Virus record (IMG/VR): IMGVR_UViG_3300025648_000015
Span: 1-64,000 of that record
DNA length: 64,000 nucleotides
Source of the DNA: a virus
Strand: one strand, 5' to 3'
How positions within the stretch are numbered: position 1 is the stretch's first letter; each line of letters begins with the position of its first letter. Positions 1 to 9,579 of this stretch are shown one piece after another. The notes under the pieces are model-generated. The model was not told the origin of the DNA. It saw only the letters and a program-made list of their open reading frames with translations, and made no database searches. The position numbers were made by a program, and so were the translations under genes.

Positions 1-2
1 AC

Positions 3-524
3 TACGATGATTCAATTAACCTAGCATTTGATGCTAAAATTGCCGGTAAGAGCCTCGTTGCTGCTAAGCACGAACTGCTCACCAAAACTGGTGATTTTCT
101 ATTCCTCGCTCACTCAGATCGTGAGCTTGCTCAGCGTATGCAAATGATAGAAGAAGACATTGAGAAGGTAGCTTATCGCAAACTATCAAGCATTAGTGAT
201 TCCAAGGCCAAACTAGTACGTGCTATTTTTGACGAATGGGAACTTCGTCACGCTAGCTGTGATATGTGCAAAGTTGCACATGAAGAAGATAAATGTGTAG
301 AGTGCAATCGCAAACTAAAAACAGGCACTGCTATCACAGGTGGAGGGCTTAACCACTGTCGTGATTGTTATGTAAAAATGACTGATAATCATGAAATCCC
401 AAAACACTGGGGCCAAATTGAAGCTTCTAAGGGTGACCAAAAGAATTGTGCAGAATGTGGTAAGCCTGCTACCCACAAGGATGTTCGCGGTTATTTGGAA
501 CTTTGCGACAATTGCGCTAAGTAA
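3..524 (+). CDS. 5'-truncated Cys-rich hypothetical protein (Zn-ribbon CxxC pairs)
   Basis: The frame of the 138..524 ORF is open from base 3 (TAC GAT GAT TCA...), so the gene starts before the window. It contains CDMC, CVEC, CRDC, CAEC and CDNC. Confidence 0.75.
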   Translation, partial: YDDSINLAFDAKIAGKSLVAAKHELLTKTGDFLFLAHSDRELAQRMQMIEEDIEKVAYRKLSSISDSKAKLVRAIFDEWELRHASCDMCKVAHEEDKCVECNRKLKTGTAITGGGLNHCRDCYVKMTDNHEIPKHWGQIEASKGDQKNCAECGKPATHKDVRGYLELCDNCAK

Positions 525-546
525 TATTAATCTAAATTAGGTTAAT

Positions 547-1887
547 ATGGCTTACAATTCTAAAAATAGTGATGCTTTTATTATAAAGCTTGCTGAGTCA
601 GAAGAAGTATCCAACCCTGATGTTATCTCGCAAGATGATATTGACACGGTATTCTCTGGCCTTGTAGACACGCCCCTACCCGAATTGCTTAAAGGTTTAA
701 TTGAAAAAGGTCATAAATCACCTAATAGTTTTCCCATTAAGATCAAAAAAGAAAAAAACGAGCATCTAGCTAATAAGTTTAATTCTAGTAAGATAGCTAG
801 TGAATCTACTTTTGATGAAGAAGATTGGGAGCAGATGCACCCTGATTGGGCTAACGAGTTTAGTCCAGGTGAAGAGTCAAGCCACGAAATTGTATCATTC
901 GGTGGTGAAGATATTGAAGGTGGACCAAGGGTAGAAACTAGTGGTGCTTCAGAAGAAGACGAAACAGAAGAATACGAAACAAAGAATAGAAACCAGATTG
1001 ATTGCCCTAATTGTTATGGCGTTTCAAAGCATAACAAAGATAAATTTGCTATTTATACTGAACCACATTGTAAGGGATGCCCAACTAAGAATTGTGGAAG
1101 CGATCAAAATAACGTATCACCACACTGTGCTGGTTGTGAACTTCTTAATCATGGTTGTAAGGGTCGTGACAGAGCATATTATGAAGGCGATAAAGACGCT
1201 GAATGTCCTGTATGCCACAACGAAGGAACTATTACTAAAAGAGATAAGCACTGCTTAACTTGTGACGATAAGAAATGTAAAGGCCCAGACCCACTGGCAA
1301 AAGGACATGGCCATTGCTATGGTTGCAAAGACCAAAAAGCACCAAATGATTATCACTTGCCTGAGGCACCTTATTCAGAAATATTTAACCCAGGTCAACA
1401 CACAGTTCCTGAAGATGATGAATTTGATGATTTTGAAAGACATGAAGAAGACGAAGACATGTCATCTGGCTTTGGTGGCGAAGGTGCTCCTGTAAGAAAA
1501 AGAGACCTAAGTAGTGCTGTTGTAGAAAAACCACGTTATGAGAAGCAAGAAGAATCTAGCCGACTTGATTCACCTGTTTCTTTATCAAAATCAATGAGAA
1601 TTAATGAAATTGCTCCTAAAGAACAAGATGCTCCTAAAGAAGATAGATACGAAGTAACTGAAAAGAACCAACCAGTACCAGTTCTCAAAGCAGAAAAGCA
1701 TAATCCATGGTGTAAGTGTGGAGGCTCAGGTATTGTTTCTAACCCGGAAGAAATCGCAAAAATTAACGTTAGCGATGAATTTAAAAATGGTATTGCTAAT
1801 ATTAAGAACACTGCAAAAAACGACGAAGAGGCATCGAACAGGAAACAGCAGTTTATCCTCGATCAATATAAGTGTAAGGAAATGTAA
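547..1887 (+). CDS. Acidic multi-zinc-finger protein, putative internal head protein
   Basis: 446 aa; CPNCYG, CKGC, CAGC, CPVCHNEG, CLTC, CYGC, CKCGGSG; long D/E tracts; upstream of the portal gene. Confidence 0.6.
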   Translation: MAYNSKNSDAFIIKLAESEEVSNPDVISQDDIDTVFSGLVDTPLPELLKGLIEKGHKSPNSFPIKIKKEKNEHLANKFNSSKIASESTFDEEDWEQMHPDWANEFSPGEESSHEIVSFGGEDIEGGPRVETSGASEEDETEEYETKNRNQIDCPNCYGVSKHNKDKFAIYTEPHCKGCPTKNCGSDQNNVSPHCAGCELLNHGCKGRDRAYYEGDKDAECPVCHNEGTITKRDKHCLTCDDKKCKGPDPLAKGHGHCYGCKDQKAPNDYHLPEAPYSEIFNPGQHTVPEDDEFDDFERHEEDEDMSSGFGGEGAPVRKRDLSSAVVEKPRYEKQEESSRLDSPVSLSKSMRINEIAPKEQDAPKEDRYEVTEKNQPVPVLKAEKHNPWCKCGGSGIVSNPEEIAKINVSDEFKNGIANIKNTAKNDEEASNRKQQFILDQYKCKEM

Positions 1888-2540
1888 TGCCTAGATTTCA
1901 ACACACATCACGACAAGATCCTAGACAACCGCATGTTGGTATATGCCAAGTTCAACATGATAAAAATAAGTACGATGAAGAAGGTTTTAAAACCATCTAC
2001 AACAAAACAAAAGAACAAATGGGTAATTGCGATGCACAAGATAGAAATTACCAAGACGATGGTTACGAGAGTGACCCAGAAGAAACATTGCAGGCTAAAT
2101 TTACTAGAACTAATTTGCCGAATGCTATTACAGTGATTACTGAAGCTGGTGAAAAATACACACCATCTTGTGCCGCGCACGCATCTCATTTTAGAGATAC
2201 TCAACTAAGAAACATTGCTGATCTTCAAAACATTCGACCAGATCTAAACGAAGGTGAGTCCAATGAAGCACGTTGGCACTTTTCAGAGCGTTCCAAGAAG
2301 TTCTTAAGCAGAGCCAACCAGAATTGGAATAGTTTAGTTAAACTAAGAAGAATTAATAACTTTAATAGTGGTACTGAGAACGTTGGGCCTACACCACAGG
2401 TTATACAACCTAAAAATACAGAAAAAAGTTCAATTTCTTTACCTGCGAATGAAACTCCAGTAGCTTTACCAGTGGACTTGAAAGGTATGCTTAAATCACC
2501 TGACAAGTACAATGGTTGGTTAGACGACATAGAAGACTAG
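1887..2540 (+). CDS. Hypothetical protein
   Basis: 217-aa ORF, TAATG-coupled to the previous gene. Confidence 0.7.
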   Translation: MPRFQHTSRQDPRQPHVGICQVQHDKNKYDEEGFKTIYNKTKEQMGNCDAQDRNYQDDGYESDPEETLQAKFTRTNLPNAITVITEAGEKYTPSCAAHASHFRDTQLRNIADLQNIRPDLNEGESNEARWHFSERSKKFLSRANQNWNSLVKLRRINNFNSGTENVGPTPQVIQPKNTEKSSISLPANETPVALPVDLKGMLKSPDKYNGWLDDIED

Positions 2541-2542
2541 TT

Positions 2543-5023
2543 ATGTTTAATTTTTCTTTCAATAAAAATAAAGTAAAAGTAGCAAAAGACACCAGACAAC
2601 CAATGGTGTTTAACTTATCACAGCTTCTTGCTCAACAAGAAGAAGCAGACAATAATGAATACGATAAGAAACGTCAAGAAAAGTCTAGGCAAAAGATTGA
2701 ACATCTTGATGCCCCATATGCTATCTATAGTGGCGACCCAGATTATCACGTAACTAGAAACCCTAATGTAGAGCCAGGTAAGTGGAATTTTGTTCACCAC
2801 ACAGAAATTGGGAACGATAGAACAGGCCGCTCAATTGCAAGAGATCTTAAATCAGAATTAGAAAAGATTGATTCACCATACGAAAAAACTTTTCTATCGC
2901 CAGACCAATACGCTCATGATGAAAAGATGACTAAGTTAGCACCTAAAGGTATGCTTGGCTATAGGTTGAAAAAAGAGAATCAACCAATACGTTCTGATAA
3001 CACGTCTATTAGAGAATTTCATCAAGTACTGAACAATGCAGAAATACGTGGAAAAATGCGCCAGCGGGTAGGTGAATTGCCATCAATAAATGCTCCTGAG
3101 TTCGATCCAACTCATCCTCTTAACCTTATTGCTACTCATGGTGGCCAAACTGCAATTAAAAAGATGTTCACTGACCAAGTCCCATACCTTACAGCAAATC
3201 CTGGCGAGAACATTTGTGTTTGCGGTAGAGAAGCTAGCAAGCACACTGATGAAGCAACTGCGAGTGAGCATCATGGTAAGATTGGCGAGCATTTAGAAAC
3301 ACACGAATTTACTCCACAATATGTAAACACTGGCGATGGAGAATATTCAAAAGGTTCTGAATCTAGAGCTTCACAATCACCTTTGCGTTTTGCTGCTTTA
3401 CCATCAACAGATAAAGATGGGAACCGTACTCTAAAGAGTAGAAAAGTTGATGAAGGCATGAATGCTGAATCAATGCCTATGGTTCTTGTTGGCACTTCAG
3501 CAGCTAAATTTAATCGTGTTACAACTTCTGAACCACCTGGAACAATTAATAACTTTCAAAAAGCAAATGTTTCAAGAACAAAGTGTTCACATTGCACCAA
3601 TGGTAGAGTTGACCCTTATAAGAGATCTAATAACGTTCACTGTGAAAATTGTATGCCTGGTAAAATAACCATGAAGACTATAAACGAAAACGGTAAAGAA
3701 AAAGGTATACCTTACACTGTAGGAATGGGTGGAGGAAAAGTACGTTATTTAGACCAGAAGGATGCCCCCAATTGTGAAAATTGTAAGGGTAAAGGTTACA
3801 CACTTAGTAAAGATAAAACAGCAAGTGATTTAGAAATACCATGCAGAGCTTGCAAAAGCACAGGTAAGCAAATTGAAACCGTTGAAGGTTCTGGTACTCA
3901 ATGCACAAATTGTAATTCACACAATTCATCAATAGATACAACCCCTGGAAACTCATGCAAATATTGTGATGGTAAAGGTTATTCTAAAGAAGAAACAGTA
4001 AAGATACCACAGAATATTAAATTGGATGTTAGCAAAACGCCATTCGAAGGCAACCCAATTATCATGCGACCATTCTCAAAAGAATCGAGCGAAGAATCAA
4101 CGGGAGTTGATGGATACTTGGGTCATGGTAAGAAGTCATGCACTAGATGCCATGGTAATGACGAGTACCAAACAGAAGATGGAAAACCTTGTAATTGTAG
4201 AATCGGTAGCTTTTCCAATGAAGACCATATTGTTGCTCCAAAGGGATCACGTTATATTTTCCCAGATCATATTGAGTTGCCTGCAGATCATTTTCTTAAA
4301 GCACTAGCGTCTGTTTACCCTGACCACGCTACTAACCCACATAGCATTAAGGATCTTAACAATACATCAGACCCAATAACTGGTACCTCACCAAATAACC
4401 CAACTGGTCATCGTTATGAGACTGCTGATGGTAAAAACTACGAAGCACATAAATTTACTCATCTATGGAACCCAGGCGTTAGTGTAACACCAGACATGTT
4501 AGCTGAACTTAATAAACAAAGTGCAGTGCACCACAGCAGTAAGAATGCTAAATATACTGCGGCTAGTGCTGATCTAGAGCTTGTTACTAACTTTGTTAGA
4601 GATAATTTACAAAGAATGCCAATCAATATTACTGGTAGAAAACAAAGTATCATGAGAAAGACTGAAGCATTACCAGGCGGAAGAACTAATCCTAAGTCAT
4701 TCCACCCAGCTGTTCAACCAGCTATCTCTAAAGTTGAGAGTGCTATTGATGAACTTGGCGATAGTGATCGTGAAAAGTTTAGTCCACTTCTTGATGATGT
4801 TTACCAAAAAGCTTCACATGTTGCACACGATAGAGAAGTAACTGGTAAATTGGATAGCCCACATTACGATGAATATCAGAAGAGTATACAAAAAGTATTG
4901 TCTACTGTTAGTAGATTCCACGGTGATGAAAAAGCACAAAAAGTACAAAAAGCTTTTACTAGTTTGCCAAACCAACCTGTACCTCCATTAGAGACTGTCA
5001 ATGAGGAAAATGTTAATGCTTAG
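2543..5023 (+). CDS. Large protein with DnaJ-type CxxCxGxG zinc-finger repeats
   Basis: CSHCTNG, CENCMPG, CENCKGKG, CRACKSTG, CTNC, CKYCDGKG, CTRCHG. Start moved to ATG 2543, just after the upstream stop. Confidence 0.65.
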   Translation: MFNFSFNKNKVKVAKDTRQPMVFNLSQLLAQQEEADNNEYDKKRQEKSRQKIEHLDAPYAIYSGDPDYHVTRNPNVEPGKWNFVHHTEIGNDRTGRSIARDLKSELEKIDSPYEKTFLSPDQYAHDEKMTKLAPKGMLGYRLKKENQPIRSDNTSIREFHQVLNNAEIRGKMRQRVGELPSINAPEFDPTHPLNLIATHGGQTAIKKMFTDQVPYLTANPGENICVCGREASKHTDEATASEHHGKIGEHLETHEFTPQYVNTGDGEYSKGSESRASQSPLRFAALPSTDKDGNRTLKSRKVDEGMNAESMPMVLVGTSAAKFNRVTTSEPPGTINNFQKANVSRTKCSHCTNGRVDPYKRSNNVHCENCMPGKITMKTINENGKEKGIPYTVGMGGGKVRYLDQKDAPNCENCKGKGYTLSKDKTASDLEIPCRACKSTGKQIETVEGSGTQCTNCNSHNSSIDTTPGNSCKYCDGKGYSKEETVKIPQNIKLDVSKTPFEGNPIIMRPFSKESSEESTGVDGYLGHGKKSCTRCHGNDEYQTEDGKPCNCRIGSFSNEDHIVAPKGSRYIFPDHIELPADHFLKALASVYPDHATNPHSIKDLNNTSDPITGTSPNNPTGHRYETADGKNYEAHKFTHLWNPGVSVTPDMLAELNKQSAVHHSSKNAKYTAASADLELVTNFVRDNLQRMPINITGRKQSIMRKTEALPGGRTNPKSFHPAVQPAISKVESAIDELGDSDREKFSPLLDDVYQKASHVAHDREVTGKLDSPHYDEYQKSIQKVLSTVSRFHGDEKAQKVQKAFTSLPNQPVPPLETVNEENVNA

Positions 5024-6995
5024 AAAAAAATTTAATGCTAAATATGCTAATGATATGAGCTTCTTGAATGAAATGGGTATGAACATTATTGACCCTGACG
5101 CGTTATCAGATATTGAGAGTGGCGATGAGGGAACAGAAGATAGTAGAACAAGGCCAGTTTACGTATATTCAAAAGATCCTAATAGAGTTCAAAGAGAACC
5201 CAATGAAGTTATCATGGATCAAAAATCTTCTATACCAAAATTAAAAGAATTAACTAATGCTATCCGTAATCGTAAGTCTCCTAAATTAGATTACTTACAT
5301 GAACATGCAGAAAATATTTTTAATATTGGTGCACATTATGCATATATGGACATGGTTGCTCGTAATTCAGCATACGCATGTCCAACTTGTGGTGGTAAAA
5401 AAAATGGTGGTAGAAAAAAACTACCAGCATCAAGAATTAAAGAACAAGCATCAGATGTTTGCCCAACTTGTAAAAATACTGGTCATACATTAACTAACCC
5501 AGAATTAAATATTTTTGATATTAAACAACAAGCTGAGAATTACAACACTGCTCTTAGTTTTCACGATACTTATTGTACAAGTAAGCGTTGCCACAATAGA
5601 TGCCAATTTAAAGAAGATATTGATAAGCATTGCCGTACCGGTATTCCTCTTCATGAAATTAAGAAAAAGGATACTCACCTACGATCTGGAACAACTAATG
5701 AATGGTTGATTAATAACTTAAGGCCAAAAGTTGTACACGATGAATATAAAGGTTTTTCTCCATTTCTTCGTGCAGTCGGTGGCCGTGAAGATGACCCCTT
5801 GCAAGAGGGTGACTTTGTACACTTTATTAATCATGATACTATCAACCCTGGGAATACTCTTAAAAAGAAGGATGAAGGTTTCCACAGATTTAAAGAAGAA
5901 TATGACGAACAAGGCAAACCAACTGGTTCTTGTGCTGTAAAAGATTGTGGTAAAGAAAAATTTAATATCAATCACATTGAAAGACAAAAATTACCAAGCG
6001 ATGAAAATATTTACGTTAAAGGTGGTCGTGATAAGCAAAGCACCGGTATTATAGCTAATATTAATCCTGATGGTACCGGCGATGTCTTTCAATATTATCG
6101 TCCAATTAAATTTGTTCAAGAAGAAGTAAATCAACGAGAGAATGGGCATCCAGAACGTGCTATCAAATTTCACAGCGCATACGATGGTATGAATCTACGT
6201 GGTGAAGATGATAAAGAAACAAGAGATCTTCAACATCATCTTAAAAATTCATATAATGAAATCATGCCACTTATTGGTGAACGTTCACCTTTATCATCTA
6301 CTAACTACGGGAGATGGAGGATTCAGCGTAATGTTCCTCTTTCTAGAGCAGTTAGATTATCTCCAATAACTGCACCTTTAGCTGCTACATCAGGAGTAAC
6401 TACAGAAGTTGTTCCTAAAAGCAAGATTAAGGGTGTTTATCCTGGTGGATCTTGGCTACCAAAAAGAAAAAAGAATTCCGATGGGGTTACACCCCCAGAG
6501 CCTAAAACTAGAGTGGACATCATTCACCGTCAAGCAATGGGATGTAGTACAGACGAATTACGAAATATACCTTTGAAGACTAATGACCCTGATACCATTG
6601 AAGAATTTAAAAGATTCTCATCAAGATGGGATCAAAGACTAGGTATAAAGCCAGGGCACCCGCTTAGCATTAGTTCAATAGAACCTGGCACAGCGGTGAG
6701 TGAACAACATAGAGCACCTACAAAGAGTATCGAAGAAAATACTGCACCGAAGTCTTTTAATAGCGGATCCTTTAGCCAACTTGAGATACCAACAGTAGAA
6801 ATACCTGGTGCACTTAAAATGACTCATACTCCAGAACAACAGAATGATATGCTTAACGTAATTGAAGGTCATATAGGTAGAAAACTACAACCTCATGAGC
6901 GCAACCAGGCTATTGAGGGTATTAGAAAAGATAATCACATCAATGGTGGGCTTAAAGCAATTGGTCAAAAAGTTGATGAAGACGAAGAGGAATAA
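5016..6995 (+). CDS. Protein with CxxCxGxG-like zinc finger, putative internal head protein
   Basis: CPTCGG, CPTCKNTG, CTSKRCHNRC. Start uncertain (5001, 5010 or 5016). Confidence 0.6.
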   Translation: MLRKKFNAKYANDMSFLNEMGMNIIDPDALSDIESGDEGTEDSRTRPVYVYSKDPNRVQREPNEVIMDQKSSIPKLKELTNAIRNRKSPKLDYLHEHAENIFNIGAHYAYMDMVARNSAYACPTCGGKKNGGRKKLPASRIKEQASDVCPTCKNTGHTLTNPELNIFDIKQQAENYNTALSFHDTYCTSKRCHNRCQFKEDIDKHCRTGIPLHEIKKKDTHLRSGTTNEWLINNLRPKVVHDEYKGFSPFLRAVGGREDDPLQEGDFVHFINHDTINPGNTLKKKDEGFHRFKEEYDEQGKPTGSCAVKDCGKEKFNINHIERQKLPSDENIYVKGGRDKQSTGIIANINPDGTGDVFQYYRPIKFVQEEVNQRENGHPERAIKFHSAYDGMNLRGEDDKETRDLQHHLKNSYNEIMPLIGERSPLSSTNYGRWRIQRNVPLSRAVRLSPITAPLAATSGVTTEVVPKSKIKGVYPGGSWLPKRKKNSDGVTPPEPKTRVDIIHRQAMGCSTDELRNIPLKTNDPDTIEEFKRFSSRWDQRLGIKPGHPLSISSIEPGTAVSEQHRAPTKSIEENTAPKSFNSGSFSQLEIPTVEIPGALKMTHTPEQQNDMLNVIEGHIGRKLQPHERNQAIEGIRKDNHINGGLKAIGQKVDEDEEE

Positions 6996-6997
6996 TT

Positions 6998-7408
6998 ATG
7001 GAAAATAAGAGAATAAGCTATGTAGAGCCAATTGATGCACCTGCAGGAAAAGCTTGCCGTGGTTGTGACATGCCAAACACTGTGGACAATCCGGTTGTCC
7101 TTCAAGGTCATGCACCTGATGGTAGGCCGCTTTATGGCCACTCAGGATGTTCTTCTTTGATGGGATCAGAAGAAAAGACTACTGCTCTCCCAACCCCCAT
7201 TGCAGGTAACCTAGGACTTATTCCAGGCTACAAAGAAGAAACCGAAGATATTTGGGCATTTGCTACAAAGTCTGTATTCAAGATAGATCAGACACAGGAC
7301 GAAATTAGTACACAATTAGAGAAAGATACTAAGGAAGTACCAGCTACAACAGTAGATGCAACACAACCTTACAATTCCAGTGGCGCCCCAGTGATGCCAA
7401 AACACTAA
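6998..7408 (+). CDS. Hypothetical protein (CxxC...HxxC)
   Basis: 136-aa ORF with GAGG RBS. Confidence 0.7.
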   Translation: MENKRISYVEPIDAPAGKACRGCDMPNTVDNPVVLQGHAPDGRPLYGHSGCSSLMGSEEKTTALPTPIAGNLGLIPGYKEETEDIWAFATKSVFKIDQTQDEISTQLEKDTKEVPATTVDATQPYNSSGAPVMPKH

Positions 7409-7467
7409 AACAATGTAATTTAACAAGATATATACCATAGTGTATGTATCCAAGTACAGGAGAAATC

Positions 7468-8007
7468 ATGGAACCACGTTTTAATATCAGAGTTGCAGAC
7501 ATGGCAAACCCGGACAATAATTTCCAGGACCCAAACCAGCAATGGAACGGTGACTTTATCGACCAAGACAGCAACCACTTCGAAAAGAATATGGATGCTT
7601 ACATGCAACAGCGTCAAGGATTGGGCGACCAGATCCAACGTTATGTTGACGAATCACACATGCACGCTCAGGACGCTAATCCTGCTCAAGACCGTGCTTT
7701 GATGGTTATGGAGCCAGAAGTTGCTGGCACTGGTGACCTTCAGCTTGCTCCAGTTAAGGCTTCTAAGCTTGCTTCACAAGCTAATGGATTCCGTAACGAC
7801 CAGGCTCGTGTTGACTTCACACTTGGCATTGTTGCTAAGGCAGAAGCAGGAACGCTAGTTAATTCACGAGTTGTTGCTGAAACACCTACTACTAAAATAG
7901 CCGGTACGGTTATTGCTGTTGGTGACTCTGAGTTTGCCGTTATCTGGGATGACAAGACTGCTTCAGTAGAACGCAAAGGCGACTACGAACTCGTTTTCTC
8001 TAACTAA
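7468..8007 (+). CDS. Hypothetical head-associated protein
   Basis: AGGAGA RBS before ATG 7468. The C-terminus (GTVIAVGDSEFAVIWDD) looks like a small beta domain. Confidence 0.65.
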   Translation: MEPRFNIRVADMANPDNNFQDPNQQWNGDFIDQDSNHFEKNMDAYMQQRQGLGDQIQRYVDESHMHAQDANPAQDRALMVMEPEVAGTGDLQLAPVKASKLASQANGFRNDQARVDFTLGIVAKAEAGTLVNSRVVAETPTTKIAGTVIAVGDSEFAVIWDDKTASVERKGDYELVFSN

Positions 8008-8028
8008 GGATCCGACTAACTAAAAAAT

Positions 8029-8619
8029 ATGTTTAGATCACAGAAAACTAAGATCGTTTCTACTCCAGTAGAAGAGGTCCTTGAGGTTGAAGTACCAGCT
8101 ACGCTAGTCGAACAAACAGTAGCTAACATAGAATTCTTAGCGATTATCTCACAGAATGATGAAACAGCCGAAGGCCGTTTAACTGATTATGATGGGAATG
8201 CCTATGTTTATTCATGGGATTTTAAGTCAAAAAGAATAGTTAGGTTGACTGGGGAAAGAATTGATTTTCTTACCTGGTCGTTATGTGATCAAGTACTACA
8301 AAAGTACTACAACAGAACTGAGAAGCCAATTGAAGAACCAATTGGCCCACAGATCGAACAAGCAGTAAATAAGGTATTGGCTCCTCTAACTACTTCTGTA
8401 AAGAATGTAGAGGGCAAGATTGAAAAGGCATTGACTGTAAAGGCTCCCCAGCCAGCTCCTGTACAAGCTCAGCCAGCGTCTAGACCACAATCTGTTCAGT
8501 CAGCACCTGTTGATGCACCAGCAGTAAATGTCGCTGATGATGATATCAGCGTAAATGCTTTGAGGTATTTGCAAGATTCCAATGTGAATGACCTCGGTAT
8601 AGATTATATGAGCCTCTAG
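8029..8619 (+). CDS. Hypothetical protein with Pro/Ala/Gln linker
   Basis: 196-aa ORF. Confidence 0.7.
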   Translation: MFRSQKTKIVSTPVEEVLEVEVPATLVEQTVANIEFLAIISQNDETAEGRLTDYDGNAYVYSWDFKSKRIVRLTGERIDFLTWSLCDQVLQKYYNRTEKPIEEPIGPQIEQAVNKVLAPLTTSVKNVEGKIEKALTVKAPQPAPVQAQPASRPQSVQSAPVDAPAVNVADDDISVNALRYLQDSNVNDLGIDYMSL

Positions 8620-8627
8620 GAGATATT

Positions 8628-9368
8628 ATGCAGGCAGCAGAAGGCAAAGGACCCAAGCAAATTAAGAAGCCATATGTACTTGGCCAATTTACTACCGTTT
8701 ATGGCAATGATGGTACCCCAGGTACAGTTAATATAGCAAACCCTCCCTATTCACCTGTTGTAGGTGCAAATAGCACTATCAGTGGTGGATCTAGATGGAA
8801 TGGTGGAATGGTTGGATCAAACGTACCAGGGCTTAACCTAAACGTTAATGGCAACGGAGCAACCGATGTTGGTTTTGTTTGTTCTCCAGACCCTTCGATT
8901 ACTCCAACTGACCTTGAAACGCTTTATGCTGGTTTCTGGGCAGAAGCAGGTTTTAGTGGAACTTGTTTCCTACAACTGCAAGGTAGCAACAATAGAAGTT
9001 ATCAGAATGCTGATTATAACTCACCAGCATGGATTACTATTTTGACTGGTACACTTACTTCTACCAGTGGTAACGTTACATTCACGTTGAACAATACTTC
9101 AGCTACACAAGAGACTCCAAAAGTAGCTTATCGTGTCACAGCTAGTGGTGGAACAGGAATTATTGATTGGGCTATCCCAGGTCTATTTACTGACCTTAGT
9201 GCTATGTCTATCGGAATTAATGCAGCTGATGCCAATGGAAATATTGGTCAAATGAGCACTCAAGGACCACGTTATCTTGCTATTTCTGGTGGTCAAGTTA
9301 CTGCAACGGTAAATGGAACACCACCATACACAGCAACTGCTAACAACGCCGACTACATCGCATCATAA
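8628..9368 (+). CDS. Gly/Thr/Ser-rich beta-strand virion protein (putative)
   Basis: AGGAG RBS; composition matches the other external structural proteins. Confidence 0.55.
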   Translation: MQAAEGKGPKQIKKPYVLGQFTTVYGNDGTPGTVNIANPPYSPVVGANSTISGGSRWNGGMVGSNVPGLNLNVNGNGATDVGFVCSPDPSITPTDLETLYAGFWAEAGFSGTCFLQLQGSNNRSYQNADYNSPAWITILTGTLTSTSGNVTFTLNNTSATQETPKVAYRVTASGGTGIIDWAIPGLFTDLSAMSIGINAADANGNIGQMSTQGPRYLAISGGQVTATVNGTPPYTATANNADYIAS

Positions 9369-9378
9369 AGGACTTGAC

Positions 9379-9567
9379 ATGGAACGACAACAGAATGTAA
9401 GATTAAGCAACATCCGTAGAGTTGGTGCAAACTTTGATTTCAACGGCAACCCAATCACTCAGAACAAATCAGGCGGTATCGTTCGATTCAGTGGAGATAT
9501 TGGAATGTATAGTTGTGGGCACCAGTCTATACCTGGTGTTGAAGTCTGTAGCTGCCAAGCTTACTAG
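9379..9567 (+). CDS. Small Cys-containing hypothetical protein
   Basis: AAGGA RBS before ATG 9379 (MERQQNVR...); CGH...CSC at the C-terminus. Confidence 0.6.
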   Translation: MERQQNVRLSNIRRVGANFDFNGNPITQNKSGGIVRFSGDIGMYSCGHQSIPGVEVCSCQAY

Positions 9568-9579
9568 AAAGCCTTACTA

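Noticed and set aside
547-5023. DnaJ chaperone genes
   Set aside because: Only CxxCxGxG fingers are present. The HPD in MHPDW is not in a J-domain helical context.
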